Origin: an uncultured Syntrophaceae bacterium
Lineage (GTDB): Bacteria > Desulfobacterota > Syntrophia > Syntrophales > UBA2192
Reading direction: 5' to 3'
Assembly: GCA_964547985.1 (NCBI GenBank)
Contig: CAZJPV010000001.1
Span: forward strand, 51,797-115,796
Length of the DNA stretch: 64,000 bases
Shown here: positions 48,249 to 59,388 of the stretch, one piece after another
Layout of the letters: the number at the start of each line of letters is the position of its first letter
Numbering within the stretch: position 1 is the first letter of the stretch
The notes under the pieces: generated by a model
What the model was told of the DNA's origin: nothing
Database searches by the model: none
What the model saw: only the letters and a program-made list of their open reading frames with translations
Made by a program: the position numbers and the translations under genes

Positions 48249-49161
48249 ATGATAAGGAGGGGCCTTTCTCCTCGTTGCCGTCATGCTTTTCTCAGCCGAA
48301 GGCGGGATTGCACAGGACGCAGGGGAGGGCGAGGCAACGAAAGTCTTCGGATTTGCCGAACGTCTCTTCGAAGAGGGGGACTATTACCGGGCCATCACGG
48401 AGTTCAAGCGTTTCATCTTTCTGTTCCCCGAGTCAAAATACACCGAAAGAAGCTTCTTCAGGATCGGGGAGAGCTATTTCAGGGCCAGGAAATGGGAAGA
48501 GGCCAAAGAATCTTTCGATCTCTTCGTCAAGAAATTCCCCCGGAGCCTTCTGCGGGACGAAGCCCTGTACCATCAAGGGATCGCGGAAAAGAACCTCAAG
48601 AACTACAGCGAAGCTCTTTCCATCTTTCAAGGTCTCGCGGCGCGCGCCAGCGGTGACCTGAGGGATCGGGCCATCGTCCAGAGCGCCCTGGTCCTTGTCG
48701 AAACGGCTGACTACAGGGGCGCCGTCACAAGCCTCTCATTTATCCCGGCGGAAAGTTCCCTGTCAGAATCGGCCAGGAGTTTTTCAGAAGGGCTTGCCCG
48801 GGTCGAATCGCTGCCGCAAAAATCACCGGAGACGGCAGGTGTAATCGCCACCCTGATCCCCGGGTCGGGTCATCTTTACACCGAAAGACCGCGAGATGTT
48901 CTCGTCGCCTTTCTTCTCAACGGGACCTTCATCTGGGCGGCGATTGAACTCTTCGATCACGAAGACTATGCCTTGGGAGGGATCGTGACCTTTGTCGAGC
49001 TTGGCTGGTACACGGGGAATATCTACAGCGCCGTCAGCAGCGCCCATAAATACAACGAGAGGACACGCGAGGATTATATCGACAGCCTGAAGAAGAAAAG
49101 CGGGTTCAATCATTCCTTCAATCGAAATAGCGGTTTTATCCTTTACAGCCTGAGGTATTAA
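48249..49161 (+). CDS. Exported TPR protein with C-terminal membrane domain; apparent +1 frameshift in the signal peptide
   Basis: Main ORF 48283-49161 has BamD-like TPRs and PGSGHLY. Removing one G from the 48259-62 run joins ATG 48249 to give MIRRAFLLVAVMLFSAEGGIA. Confidence 0.65.
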
Positions 49162-49577
49162 TGTATAAATTATATTCGACTTTGCTGACATTTTTAATCC
49201 TGGCGTTAACGGTTGTTCCTTGCGCGGGCAGTGACGGAGACGATTTCGGTCCATGGTCTTATATGATGCCTGTCGCACACTCGGCATCGGGAAGAGAGTC
49301 ATGGGGAGCTGAAGCCGCGATTTTTTGCCTCCGGATGTTCAGCGAATACATCTCTCCCGTGGACGGGGATCGTTGCACGATGTAACCGACCTGTGCCTTA
49401 TACAGTGTCCAGGCCTATCGAAAGCACGGTTTTGTCATCGGGACGGTCATGACGGCCGACCGCCTGATACATGAAATGGACGAGACCGAGAGGGCTCCGA
49501 TTGTTTTCAAGCACGGGGTAGGGCGGTTTAATGACTCCGTGGAAGCAAATGATTTCTGGTGGTATAAAGATAAATAA
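49161..49577 (+). pseudogene. YidD-like (membrane insertion efficiency factor) gene with in-frame TAA
   Basis: ISPVDGDRCTM*PTCALYSVQAYRKHG...ADRL: TAA at 49383-85 falls at the Tyr of the C.(F/M)YPTC motif; frame continues to TAA 49577. Confidence 0.8.
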
Positions 49578-49619
49578 ACAATATCTATTACTTATATAAA
49601 TTTCATCAAACAGCACTTT

Positions 49620-50585
49620 ATGAATGACGATTATTACAAAGCCCTTGGTCTCGACAGAAGTGCCTCGACAGAGGACATCAAGAAGGCCTATCGCAGGCTT
49701 GCCCTCAAGTATCATCCGGATCGAAACCCCTCGGACAAGAAAAACGCGGAGGAAAAGTTCAAAAAAATCAGTGAAGCCTACGCGGTGCTGAGTGACCCCG
49801 AGAAGCGGAAGCAGTACGACAGCTTCGGATCAGATGCCTTCCGCCAGAAGTACACGCAGGAAGACATCTTCAGGGGCTTTGACCTGAACGAGATCTTGAG
49901 AGACCTCGGCTTTGGAGGTCTGGGTGGCGAGTTTACCTGGTTCGGTGGAGGCGGTGGCCCGAGAAGAAGAACCTACCGACAGCAGCAGCCAGGCGGCAGC
50001 GATCCATTCGGAGATCTATTCCGGGATCAGCAGGCCTACTCCTACCGTGAAGCTCCCCCTCAAAAAGGACAGGATATTGAATACAACTTATCCATATCAT
50101 TAGAAGAATCTGCATCGGGTGCCGAAAAGAAAATCACGGTCAGAAAGGGACAAAAACTCGATGAGATTAAAGTCAAGATCCCGGCCGGCATTTCATCGGG
50201 AAAGAAATTGAGAATTGCCGGAAAGGGGCTTCAGGATCCGTCAGGAGGAATGCCCGGCGATCTTTTTCTAAGTATACAGGTCATGCCCCATCACAAATTC
50301 GCGCGTGAAGGGGACGATTTATTGATCGAGAAATCAATCCCTTATTCAAAAGCTGTTCTTGGGACGACTCTAGAGGTAGAGACACTCGAGGGACCCGTAA
50401 AGAGAATCAAGGTACCGGCTGGAGCGCAGAACAGCACGAAGATTCGGATGAGAGGCTTCGGCATCAAGCACATGAAAGGCGAAGGAAAGGGAGACCTCTA
50501 CGTGAAGATAAACGTAGACGTCCCGAAGAAAGTCACAGAAAAACAGGCTGCGCTCGTACGGAAGCTATCGGAAGAAGGCCTGTAA
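49620..50585 (+). CDS. DnaJ class II co-chaperone (CbpA-like, no Zn finger)
   Basis: DYYKALG, YHPDRN, G/F region, VKIPAG, GDLYV. Confidence 0.93.
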   Translation: MNDDYYKALGLDRSASTEDIKKAYRRLALKYHPDRNPSDKKNAEEKFKKISEAYAVLSDPEKRKQYDSFGSDAFRQKYTQEDIFRGFDLNEILRDLGFGGLGGEFTWFGGGGGPRRRTYRQQQPGGSDPFGDLFRDQQAYSYREAPPQKGQDIEYNLSISLEESASGAEKKITVRKGQKLDEIKVKIPAGISSGKKLRIAGKGLQDPSGGMPGDLFLSIQVMPHHKFAREGDDLLIEKSIPYSKAVLGTTLEVETLEGPVKRIKVPAGAQNSTKIRMRGFGIKHMKGEGKGDLYVKINVDVPKKVTEKQAALVRKLSEEGL

Positions 50586-50721
50586 AGCCGCGAGTCAACA
50601 AATCCCGCCGAAAACCACTCTTTTAAGAAGAGGGGAAAGACCATTGCCAAATAATCCAGAGGCATGAAGTCGGTAAATTCAACGTCTGATAAGATATGTT
50701 ATGTAAACTTGTATTGTGCAC

Positions 50722-51456
50722 CTACATTCTATCGATTTGTATATCCCCCCCCACACCCAGTGAATCTCCTGATATGATAATGATACCCCAAACACCGCTA
50801 ATCTTCAAGCCATCCTCTATGGCCTTCTTGATATCCTCTTTCCTCTTGACTCGATTCCCGATGAACGTTGCAACCGCGTCTGCAAGAATCGCGGATTGAG
50901 ATGTCACGCACACTGCATCGGCAATTCCGAAGCTCAAGGAATGACCGACCGAGGCCGAAGACGTACAGACACCCATGGGCGTTTCCTCAGGCATTACGCG
51001 GATCGCCACTTTCATGCTCAGAGGTGAATCTGCTGCAAATATGCCTACCCTGAGCGCTTTGTTTGTTCTGATAAACACATCGCCGCCGTTTTCTACGATG
51101 GCATTCTCCGAATATTTAAGAAGATCAAAACCGACACATTCAGCCAGGGCTCCGGCGACGGATGCCATAGGGCCCACATGGGCTATTTTTGTGAATTTGA
51201 GCATTTCACGCACGATCTCCGGTGCCCTCGAATCTTCCCCGAGAGGCGTCAGGGATGATAAGAAGTCCGGTCTCTTTTTTATGTATTCTTCAATAAAATT
51301 GCGGTGTTTTATAACAGATTGTAAGGCTTTGTCTGACAGGTCGGTGTCGGTCCGGATGTAGAGATCCGTCTCGGACACCTTGATCTGATAGGGCTTCAAA
51401 AAATCTTCTTTAATCAGGCTCCTGTAATGCTTATCCTTATATAATACATGAGACAT
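50722..51456 (-). CDS. UPF0280/ApbE-like protein
   Basis: ETDLYI, VGPMASVAGA, VENGGD, CTSSASVGHSLSFG.ADAV, ADAVAT..GN. Confidence 0.88.
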   Translation of the reverse strand: MSHVLYKDKHYRSLIKEDFLKPYQIKVSETDLYIRTDTDLSDKALQSVIKHRNFIEEYIKKRPDFLSSLTPLGEDSRAPEIVREMLKFTKIAHVGPMASVAGALAECVGFDLLKYSENAIVENGGDVFIRTNKALRVGIFAADSPLSMKVAIRVMPEETPMGVCTSSASVGHSLSFGIADAVCVTSQSAILADAVATFIGNRVKRKEDIKKAIEDGLKISGVWGIIIISGDSLGVGGDIQIDRM

Positions 51457-51494
51457 TTCTTTAAATAGAAGGAAAAATCTGAAACCTATCGTAT

Positions 51495-54400
51495 TTATTG
51501 AAATTTTGTTGAACCAGGACCGAGTATGTCATCGGCATCCTTCTTGATCCCTTCCGAGATACTCAATCTCAAACCGTCCCCGAGGTAGACAACCGTTTCG
51601 CTCCGGTCAGGAAGAATAATATGAAGGTAGCCGTCGAACCGACCACTGTGCTTGCTGAGGACACCCCGGAGGGATTCGATGTCCCCGGAGCCTTTGATGG
51701 TGGCGTTCACATAGAAATGGACGGAATTGTAGGGCATCTCCAAGACCTCTGACAGCAGCTTCACCTCCGTCAGGATGACTTTTGTGCTCTCTTCACCCAC
51801 ATCGAGGGTCCCCTTCAGGTGCAGAGGGGCTTCACCCTTGAGAAGGTCCATGTAATTTCGGTAGACATCGGCAAAGGCAATGGTGCCGATAGACCCTTTC
51901 ATATCCTCGATGGTCACGTAGGCCATGATCTCTTTTCTCTTCGTCGTCACCTCACGGATGTTGCTCACAATACCGGCGAACGTAATGCTCTCCCTGTCTT
52001 TTCTCTCCAGAATCGTCTCGGTATCGCAATCGACGATTTTATAGAGTGTGTCGGCATAGCGAAGAAGCGGATGGCCGGTGATGTAGAAACCGAGGGTTTC
52101 TTTTTCGTGCAAAAGCAGCTCCTGGTGATCCCACTCCGGCACCCGGGGGATTAGCTCTCCCTCCCGTTTTTCGTCCCTCCGTTCCTGGTCCTCCTCGTGG
52201 GCATCGAAGAGATGAACCTGATCGCGGTCCCCTGCCCTCTGGCCCCGCGAGGTCATTTCGATGATTTTCTCGTAACCGTCCATGAGCGGTCGACGCCGGT
52301 ATTTCATGAGGTCGAAGGCCCCGCACTTGATCAGGCTCTCCACGACCCGCTTGTTGATCTTCCGGAGGTCTACACGGGTACAAAAGTCGTAGAACGTCTT
52401 GAACTTGCCGTCTTTTGTCCGGGACTCGATGATGGAATCCACGGCGCTTTCCCCCACGTTCTTGACGGCGGCAAGCCCGAAACGGATGTGATCACCGGCA
52501 ACGCTGAAGTCTCTCATGGACTCGTTGATGTCCGGTGGAAGCACGTTGATTCCCATTTCCTTGCAGACGCTGATGTACTTGATGACCTTGTCCCGGTTGC
52601 TCTTTTCGCTCGTGAGCAGGGCCGCCATGAACTCCACGGGGAAATGCGCCTTCAGATAGGCGGTCTGATAGGAAATCATGGCGTAGGCCGTGCTGTGAGA
52701 TTTGTTGAAGCCGTAACCGGCAAAGGTCTCCATCTGTTCGAAGATTTTCTTCGCCTTGCTTTCGGGAATTTTGTTTTTCCTAGCCCCGGCGATGAATTTC
52801 GGCTTCTCCTTTTCCATATCCGCGGTATTCTTCTTGCTCATCGCCTTTCGGAAGGTGTCGGCCTCACCCATCGTGTAACTGGCGAGGACACTGGCGATCT
52901 GCATGACCTGTTCCTGGTAGACGATGACGCCGTAGGTCTCCTTCAGGATGCTTTCCAGCTGTGGGACCTCATAGGTGATCTTGGTTTTTCCCTGTTTGCG
53001 CGAGATGTACTCCTGCACCATCCCGCTCTTCAGAGGACCCGGCCGATAGAGGGCGATGAGGGCGATCACGTCCTCGATACAGTCCGGTTTCATACTGACC
53101 AGGATCTCCTTCATCCCGCGGCTTTCCAGCTGGAAGACGCCGTCCGTTTCACCCTGTGACAGGAGCTGATAGGTCTTTCGGTCATCGAGCGGCATCTGCT
53201 GGACGTCGAGATCCACCCCTTTCCCTTCCCGGGCGAACCGGAGGCTGTCCCGGATGACGGTGAGCGTCTTGAGACCCAGAAAGTCGAATTTCGTGAGCCC
53301 CACGGCTTGGAGGTCGTTCATGGAGAACTGGGTCACCACGTCGTCCTTCGGGCTCTTGCACAGTGGGACGCGCTCCAGGAGGGGCTTGTCGGAGATGACA
53401 ACCCCGGCGGCATGGGTCGATGAATGGCGATTGAGGCCCTCCAGGGACCTCGAGAGGGAAAGAAGTTTCCGGACCTTCTCGTTCTTTTTCTGCTCCTCCT
53501 GGAGACGGGGCTCCATTTTGATGGCTTCGTCAAGGGTGATATTGAGCACGTTGGGGATCATCTTGGCGATCCGGTCCACCTCTCCGTAGGAAAAATTCAG
53601 GGCCCTTCCCACATCCCGGACGACGGCCTTCGCCTGCATTTTTCCGAAGGTGATGATCTGTGCGACGCGATCCGCCCCGTACTTCTCCGTGACATAACGG
53701 ATGATCTCGTCCCGGCCGTCCTGACAGAAATCGATGTCGATGTCGGGCATGCTCTTGCGGTCGGGGTTCAGGAAACGCTCGAAGAAGAGCCCGTATCGAA
53801 TCGGGTCGATGTCCGTGATGCCCAGGGCATAGGCCACCAGGCTTCCGGCCACGGAACCCCTTCCGGGTCCCACGGGAATATTGCGGTCTTTGGCGTGTCG
53901 GACAAAATCGGCAACGATCAGGAAATAGCCCGCGAAACCCATGGACTTGATGATCTCCAGCTCTGTTCCAAGGCGTTTTTCATAGGCCCCACGGGACACA
54001 TCGCCCCCGCCCTTCGTGATTTCGTTCCACCTCTGCTCGAGACCGTGTCGTGCCAGCGTTTTCATCTGATCGTCGAGAGAGACGGTCGGGTCCGTCTCGT
54101 AGTGCGGCAGATAGAGTTCATCGAAGGGGATCGTGAGATTGCATCGCTCGGCAATGGAAATTGTGTTTTCGACGGCCGTCGGGCAATAAGCGAAGAGGTT
54201 TTTCATTTCATCGGGCGACCGGAAGTAGAATTGATCGGTGGCAAAACGCATCCGGCCGGGATCTTCGAGGGTTTTCCCCGTCTGGATGCACAAAAGCACA
54301 TCATGGGCCTCTGCGTCGGTCCGTTCCAGATAGTGGCAATCGTTTGTCGCAACGACGGGGATGGCGCACTTTCCGGATATCCGGAGCAAACCTTCGTTGA

Positions 54401-54965
54401 CCAGTCGCTGTTCCGGAATGCCGTTTTCCATCATCTCCAGATAGTAATTGTCGGCTCCGAATATGTTCCGGTATCCCAGTGCCGCTTTTTCCGCCCCTTT
54501 CTCGTCTCCCCTGAGGAGGTAATCCGCGACCTCGCCGTGCAGACAGGCACTCAGGGCGATGAGTCCTTCGCTGTGTTTTGACAGCAGATCCTTGTCAACC
54601 CTGGGCCGGTAGTAAAACCCTTCGAGGAATCCCAGAGATGTCAGCTTGATCAGGTTTTTATAACCCTGAAAATTTTTAACCAGGACGATGAGATGGCGGG
54701 CTGTTTCGCCGGCATTATCGACGCTTTTGTCAAGCCGGCTTTTAGGGGCGATGTAGAGTTCGCAACCGATAATCGGTTTGATCCCCTGACGATAGGCGGA
54801 CTGATAGAAATCCACGACGCCGTATATGTTGCCGTGGTCCGTCATCGCCACGGCGGGCATTTTGAGCGCCCGGGCCTTTTTCAGGACATCCTGAAGGCGG
54901 ATCGTGCCGTCCAGGAGACTGTACTGCGTGTGGACATGAAGGTGGACAAAATCCTGATGTTTCAT
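51495..54965 (-). CDS. dnaE: DNA polymerase III alpha subunit
   Basis: PHP HLHVHTQYSLLDG, GPGRGS, PDIDIDF, KFDFLGL, YGFNKSH; no intein-size insertion. Confidence 0.98.
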   Translation of the reverse strand: MKHQDFVHLHVHTQYSLLDGTIRLQDVLKKARALKMPAVAMTDHGNIYGVVDFYQSAYRQGIKPIIGCELYIAPKSRLDKSVDNAGETARHLIVLVKNFQGYKNLIKLTSLGFLEGFYYRPRVDKDLLSKHSEGLIALSACLHGEVADYLLRGDEKGAEKAALGYRNIFGADNYYLEMMENGIPEQRLVNEGLLRISGKCAIPVVATNDCHYLERTDAEAHDVLLCIQTGKTLEDPGRMRFATDQFYFRSPDEMKNLFAYCPTAVENTISIAERCNLTIPFDELYLPHYETDPTVSLDDQMKTLARHGLEQRWNEITKGGGDVSRGAYEKRLGTELEIIKSMGFAGYFLIVADFVRHAKDRNIPVGPGRGSVAGSLVAYALGITDIDPIRYGLFFERFLNPDRKSMPDIDIDFCQDGRDEIIRYVTEKYGADRVAQIITFGKMQAKAVVRDVGRALNFSYGEVDRIAKMIPNVLNITLDEAIKMEPRLQEEQKKNEKVRKLLSLSRSLEGLNRHSSTHAAGVVISDKPLLERVPLCKSPKDDVVTQFSMNDLQAVGLTKFDFLGLKTLTVIRDSLRFAREGKGVDLDVQQMPLDDRKTYQLLSQGETDGVFQLESRGMKEILVSMKPDCIEDVIALIALYRPGPLKSGMVQEYISRKQGKTKITYEVPQLESILKETYGVIVYQEQVMQIASVLASYTMGEADTFRKAMSKKNTADMEKEKPKFIAGARKNKIPESKAKKIFEQMETFAGYGFNKSHSTAYAMISYQTAYLKAHFPVEFMAALLTSEKSNRDKVIKYISVCKEMGINVLPPDINESMRDFSVAGDHIRFGLAAVKNVGESAVDSIIESRTKDGKFKTFYDFCTRVDLRKINKRVVESLIKCGAFDLMKYRRRPLMDGYEKIIEMTSRGQRAGDRDQVHLFDAHEEDQERRDEKREGELIPRVPEWDHQELLLHEKETLGFYITGHPLLRYADTLYKIVDCDTETILERKDRESITFAGIVSNIREVTTKRKEIMAYVTIEDMKGSIGTIAFADVYRNYMDLLKGEAPLHLKGTLDVGEESTKVILTEVKLLSEVLEMPYNSVHFYVNATIKGSGDIESLRGVLSKHSGRFDGYLHIILPDRSETVVYLGDGLRLSISEGIKKDADDILGPGSTKFQ

Positions 54966-54986
54966 TAAATTACAGATGCTCCGTCG

Positions 54987-56456
<1,470 letters not shown>

Positions 56457-56500
56457 TCATGAAATGCAAAGATACCCGCCTATGGCGGGTTTCAATTAGA

Positions 56501-57037
56501 TCACCCCGGACCTGAAGACCGATCCTCCGATCCCCCCGGAACCTGATCTCTGTCCTTTGATTTTTGATCCCCTATATAATATTTTTGCCCGTTCAGGGCG
56601 AGAAAGAAATCCGCCCTGCCCTCCTCCTGCGCGAAATAATCGGCCATCTGATAATAACTTGCCCGAAGAAATCTGGCCGGGAAGCGTTTCTCCTTCACGG
56701 CGCAGTAAAGAACATTTTCACGGCCGATCCGGAGCGTTTCCGGTGCGAGTTCTTCGCAGCTGTCATCATTCAGGCGTATGTTAATCTTTTCGTCACCGCC
56801 AGCCTCCAATCCCGTATGGTACACGGACCGGACCACATAAGCCGTGTCTTCCACCTCGACAGAGGCGATATCATTCGCATATTGGATATAATATCCCCCC
56901 GACTCATCGAGGTGGAGGTTCTGATAAAAGAGGTTGACGATTTCCCTTCGGAACATCTCCACCCCTTTGTAGTACCACACGCCTTCCTTGTCGATCCGGA
57001 TGTAGCTGGGGGGTAAATCCCGGGCTTTGACTGTCAT
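56501..57037 (-). CDS. DUF1285-like protein
   Basis: IRIDKEGVWYYKG, VEVEDTAY, LYCAVK..ARFLRASYY. Confidence 0.75.
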   Translation of the reverse strand: MTVKARDLPPSYIRIDKEGVWYYKGVEMFRREIVNLFYQNLHLDESGGYYIQYANDIASVEVEDTAYVVRSVYHTGLEAGGDEKINIRLNDDSCEELAPETLRIGRENVLYCAVKEKRFPARFLRASYYQMADYFAQEEGRADFFLALNGQKYYIGDQKSKDRDQVPGGSEDRSSGPG

Positions 57038-57115
57038 GAGAAAATGCTCTGAGAATCCTTGTTTTTGAGATTCATCCTCCAACGCGACGAACGTCAAAGG
57101 GATGCCCTGTCAAAA

Positions 57116-57586
57116 TCATCCTTGCCGTTGAGTGCCACCCCGAAGCGCATCGCTGTCCAGCAGGATCGTCACGGGACCGTCATTGACGAGACTGACCTTC
57201 ATCATGACCTGGAATTCACCCTCCTGAACACGATTCATCCGCGCCCGGGCCGTCTCAACGAAGTGGTGGTAGAGATGCCTGGCGGTTTGCGGCTCTGCGG
57301 CATCGGTAAAAGAGGGTCTCCGCCCCTTCCGGCAATCCGCCCATAGAGTGAACTGAGAGACCACCAGCATCTCCCCTTGGGTCTCGAGGAGGGAGAGGTT
57401 CATCTTGCGTTCGGCATCTTCAAAAATTCGGAGGTTGATGATTTTGTCCAGAAGGTATTCGGCATCTTCTTTTGTGTCGTTTCTTCCGACGCCGAGCAGT
57501 ACGAGAACCCCCTGATTGATCCGGGAAATTTCTTTCTGATCCACCGTGATCGAAGCCCCGTCGACTCGCTGGATGAGCGCTCTCAT
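57116..57586 (-). CDS. dtd: D-aminoacyl-tRNA deacylase
   Basis: MRALIQRV, LRIFED, SQFTL, KGRRPSF, NDGPVT. Confidence 0.97.
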   Translation of the reverse strand: MRALIQRVDGASITVDQKEISRINQGVLVLLGVGRNDTKEDAEYLLDKIINLRIFEDAERKMNLSLLETQGEMLVVSQFTLWADCRKGRRPSFTDAAEPQTARHLYHHFVETARARMNRVQEGEFQVMMKVSLVNDGPVTILLDSDALRGGTQRQG

Positions 57587-57732
57587 GGAAAGAATCCGTC
57601 GCGTTGAATTGGGGCGATGTTAACAATAAACGCCCTTTGCTTCAAGCCTTTTCTCCCGCCGCGGCGTGAAGAGGGATCGCACGGTCGCGCTTTTGTCTTG
57701 TCCACCCGGCCGCAACTTGCTATATTGCCGTC

Positions 57733-59091
57733 GTGGCCGGAAAAAAGAAAAGATGTCTGCTGATCAACCCCTGGATCTACGATTTCGCCGCCTACGACTT
57801 CTGGTTAAAACCGCTCGGCCTCCTGTACCTTGCTTCCATCTTGAGAGAAAATGGTTGTGAAATTGCCTTTCTGGACTGCCTGAACCCCCTTCACCCGGCT
57901 CTCCCGTCGGAAGGGCGTATCAAGGCTTCCAAAAGAACACCCTCGGGCCGCGGGAGTCTCCCGAAGGAATTCATCACGCGTCCGGAAGCCCTCACGTCGA
58001 TCCCCCGAAGATACAAGCGCTACGGCATCAGCCCCGACATCTTCCGCGATGACCTCCGTGCGGAGGAACGGCCGGATGTGGTCCTTGTCACCTCCATGAT
58101 GACTTACTGGTATCCCGGTGTCTTTTCTGTCATCCGGCAGGTCCGTGACGTCTTCCCCGGTGTGCCGGTGGTTCTCGGGGGAATTTACACCACTCTATGC
58201 CGGGAGCACGCCGCCCGATACGCCGGTGCCGATTATGTTCTCCCCGGCGAGGGTGAATTATCCCTGGCCCGTCTGCTCAGGGTTCTCTTCAACGACGAGC
58301 CGGCCTTCGATATTCGGGACAAAGACCTGGATGACCTCCCCTACCCTGCCTTTGATCTCATGCCTGTAAAGGATCAGTTCCCGATCATGACGTCAAGGGG
58401 CTGCCCCTTCCGTTGCACCTATTGCGCATCTCACCTTCTGAGCAGCCGTTTCACTTTCAGGGATCCCATCCGGGTTGTCGACGAGATCGACCACTGGTAT
58501 CATCGGTACGGCATCAGAAACTTCAGCTTTTACGACGACGCCCTCCTCATTGAGGCCCGGCAGCGGGCGGTCCCCATGATGCGAGAGATCATCCGGCGCG
58601 GCCTGGATTGCGATTTCCACTGTCCGAACGGTCTTCACCTGCGGGGGATCACCGCCGAGGTCGGCTGGCTGCTTTACCGATCGCGTTTCCGGACCATCCG
58701 CTTCGGCCTCGAAACCGCCTGCGCAAAGCGTCAAAGTGAAACAGGCGGCAAGGTCACAAATGAGGAACTCCGCTCCGCCGTGGCGTACCTCACGGAAGCG
58801 GGCTACCGCCCGGAGGATATCGGCGTTTATCTTCTCTGCGGACTGCCGGACCAGGCGGCCGGGGAAATCAGAGAAAGTGTTGATCTCGTAAAATCTTATG
58901 GGGCCAGGCCAATCCTAGCGGAGTTTTCACCGATCCCCGGAACGCCGATATGGGAAGATGCCCTGAGGGTTTCACCCTACCCGATCGCCGAAGAACCCCT
59001 TTTCCATAACAACACCCTGCTGCCCTGCCGGAGCGACAGCCTGACCCCGGGGACTTTTCAGGACCTCAAGAGACGCTGTCGGGCCGGATAG
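57733..59091 (+). CDS. B12-binding-domain radical SAM protein
   Basis: LLINPWIYDF..PLGLLY, TSMMTYWYPG, VLGGIY, SRGCPFRCTYC, FYDD. Confidence 0.88.
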   Translation: MAGKKKRCLLINPWIYDFAAYDFWLKPLGLLYLASILRENGCEIAFLDCLNPLHPALPSEGRIKASKRTPSGRGSLPKEFITRPEALTSIPRRYKRYGISPDIFRDDLRAEERPDVVLVTSMMTYWYPGVFSVIRQVRDVFPGVPVVLGGIYTTLCREHAARYAGADYVLPGEGELSLARLLRVLFNDEPAFDIRDKDLDDLPYPAFDLMPVKDQFPIMTSRGCPFRCTYCASHLLSSRFTFRDPIRVVDEIDHWYHRYGIRNFSFYDDALLIEARQRAVPMMREIIRRGLDCDFHCPNGLHLRGITAEVGWLLYRSRFRTIRFGLETACAKRQSETGGKVTNEELRSAVAYLTEAGYRPEDIGVYLLCGLPDQAAGEIRESVDLVKSYGARPILAEFSPIPGTPIWEDALRVSPYPIAEEPLFHNNTLLPCRSDSLTPGTFQDLKRRCRAG

Positions 59092-59162
59092 CAGCCCCCC
59101 TTTTCCTCTTGCATCGATCAGGAAAAGCCATTATATCTTTACGCAGGCATGGGCCGTTTTTT

Positions 59163-59384
59163 ATGACTCACATCTTCTGGATAAAGCAAATCACCATCGC
59201 CCTTTTTTCCCTTTTTTTTCTCTCGTTCGGAGTCTATCTTTTTCTCTCGGCCTATGGCATGAAAAACCCGCATGAATTCATCATGACCTTTTTCGGGTCG
59301 AACCTCATCATCCTGATCAGCCTGGTGGGACTCATCTATCCGGCCGTCAGGATTTTCTTGCACCTGAAGTCTCTGAAACCGTGA
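59163..59384 (+). CDS. Small two-TM hypothetical membrane protein
   Basis: Two hydrophobic segments joined by AYGMKNPHEF; stop 4 nt before the next ATG. Confidence 0.6.
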   Translation: MTHIFWIKQITIALFSLFFLSFGVYLFLSAYGMKNPHEFIMTFFGSNLIILISLVGLIYPAVRIFLHLKSLKP

Positions 59385-59388
59385 AATC

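Noticed and set aside
51495-54965. Intein or split in dnaE
   Set aside because: 1156 aa is a normal length, the motifs are contiguous and no intein block motifs were seen.
56474-56490. Hairpin acccgcc-tat-ggcgggt upstream of guaB as a riboswitch
   Set aside because: The spacer is only about 55 nt with no aptamer consensus; at most a weak terminator or stabiliser.
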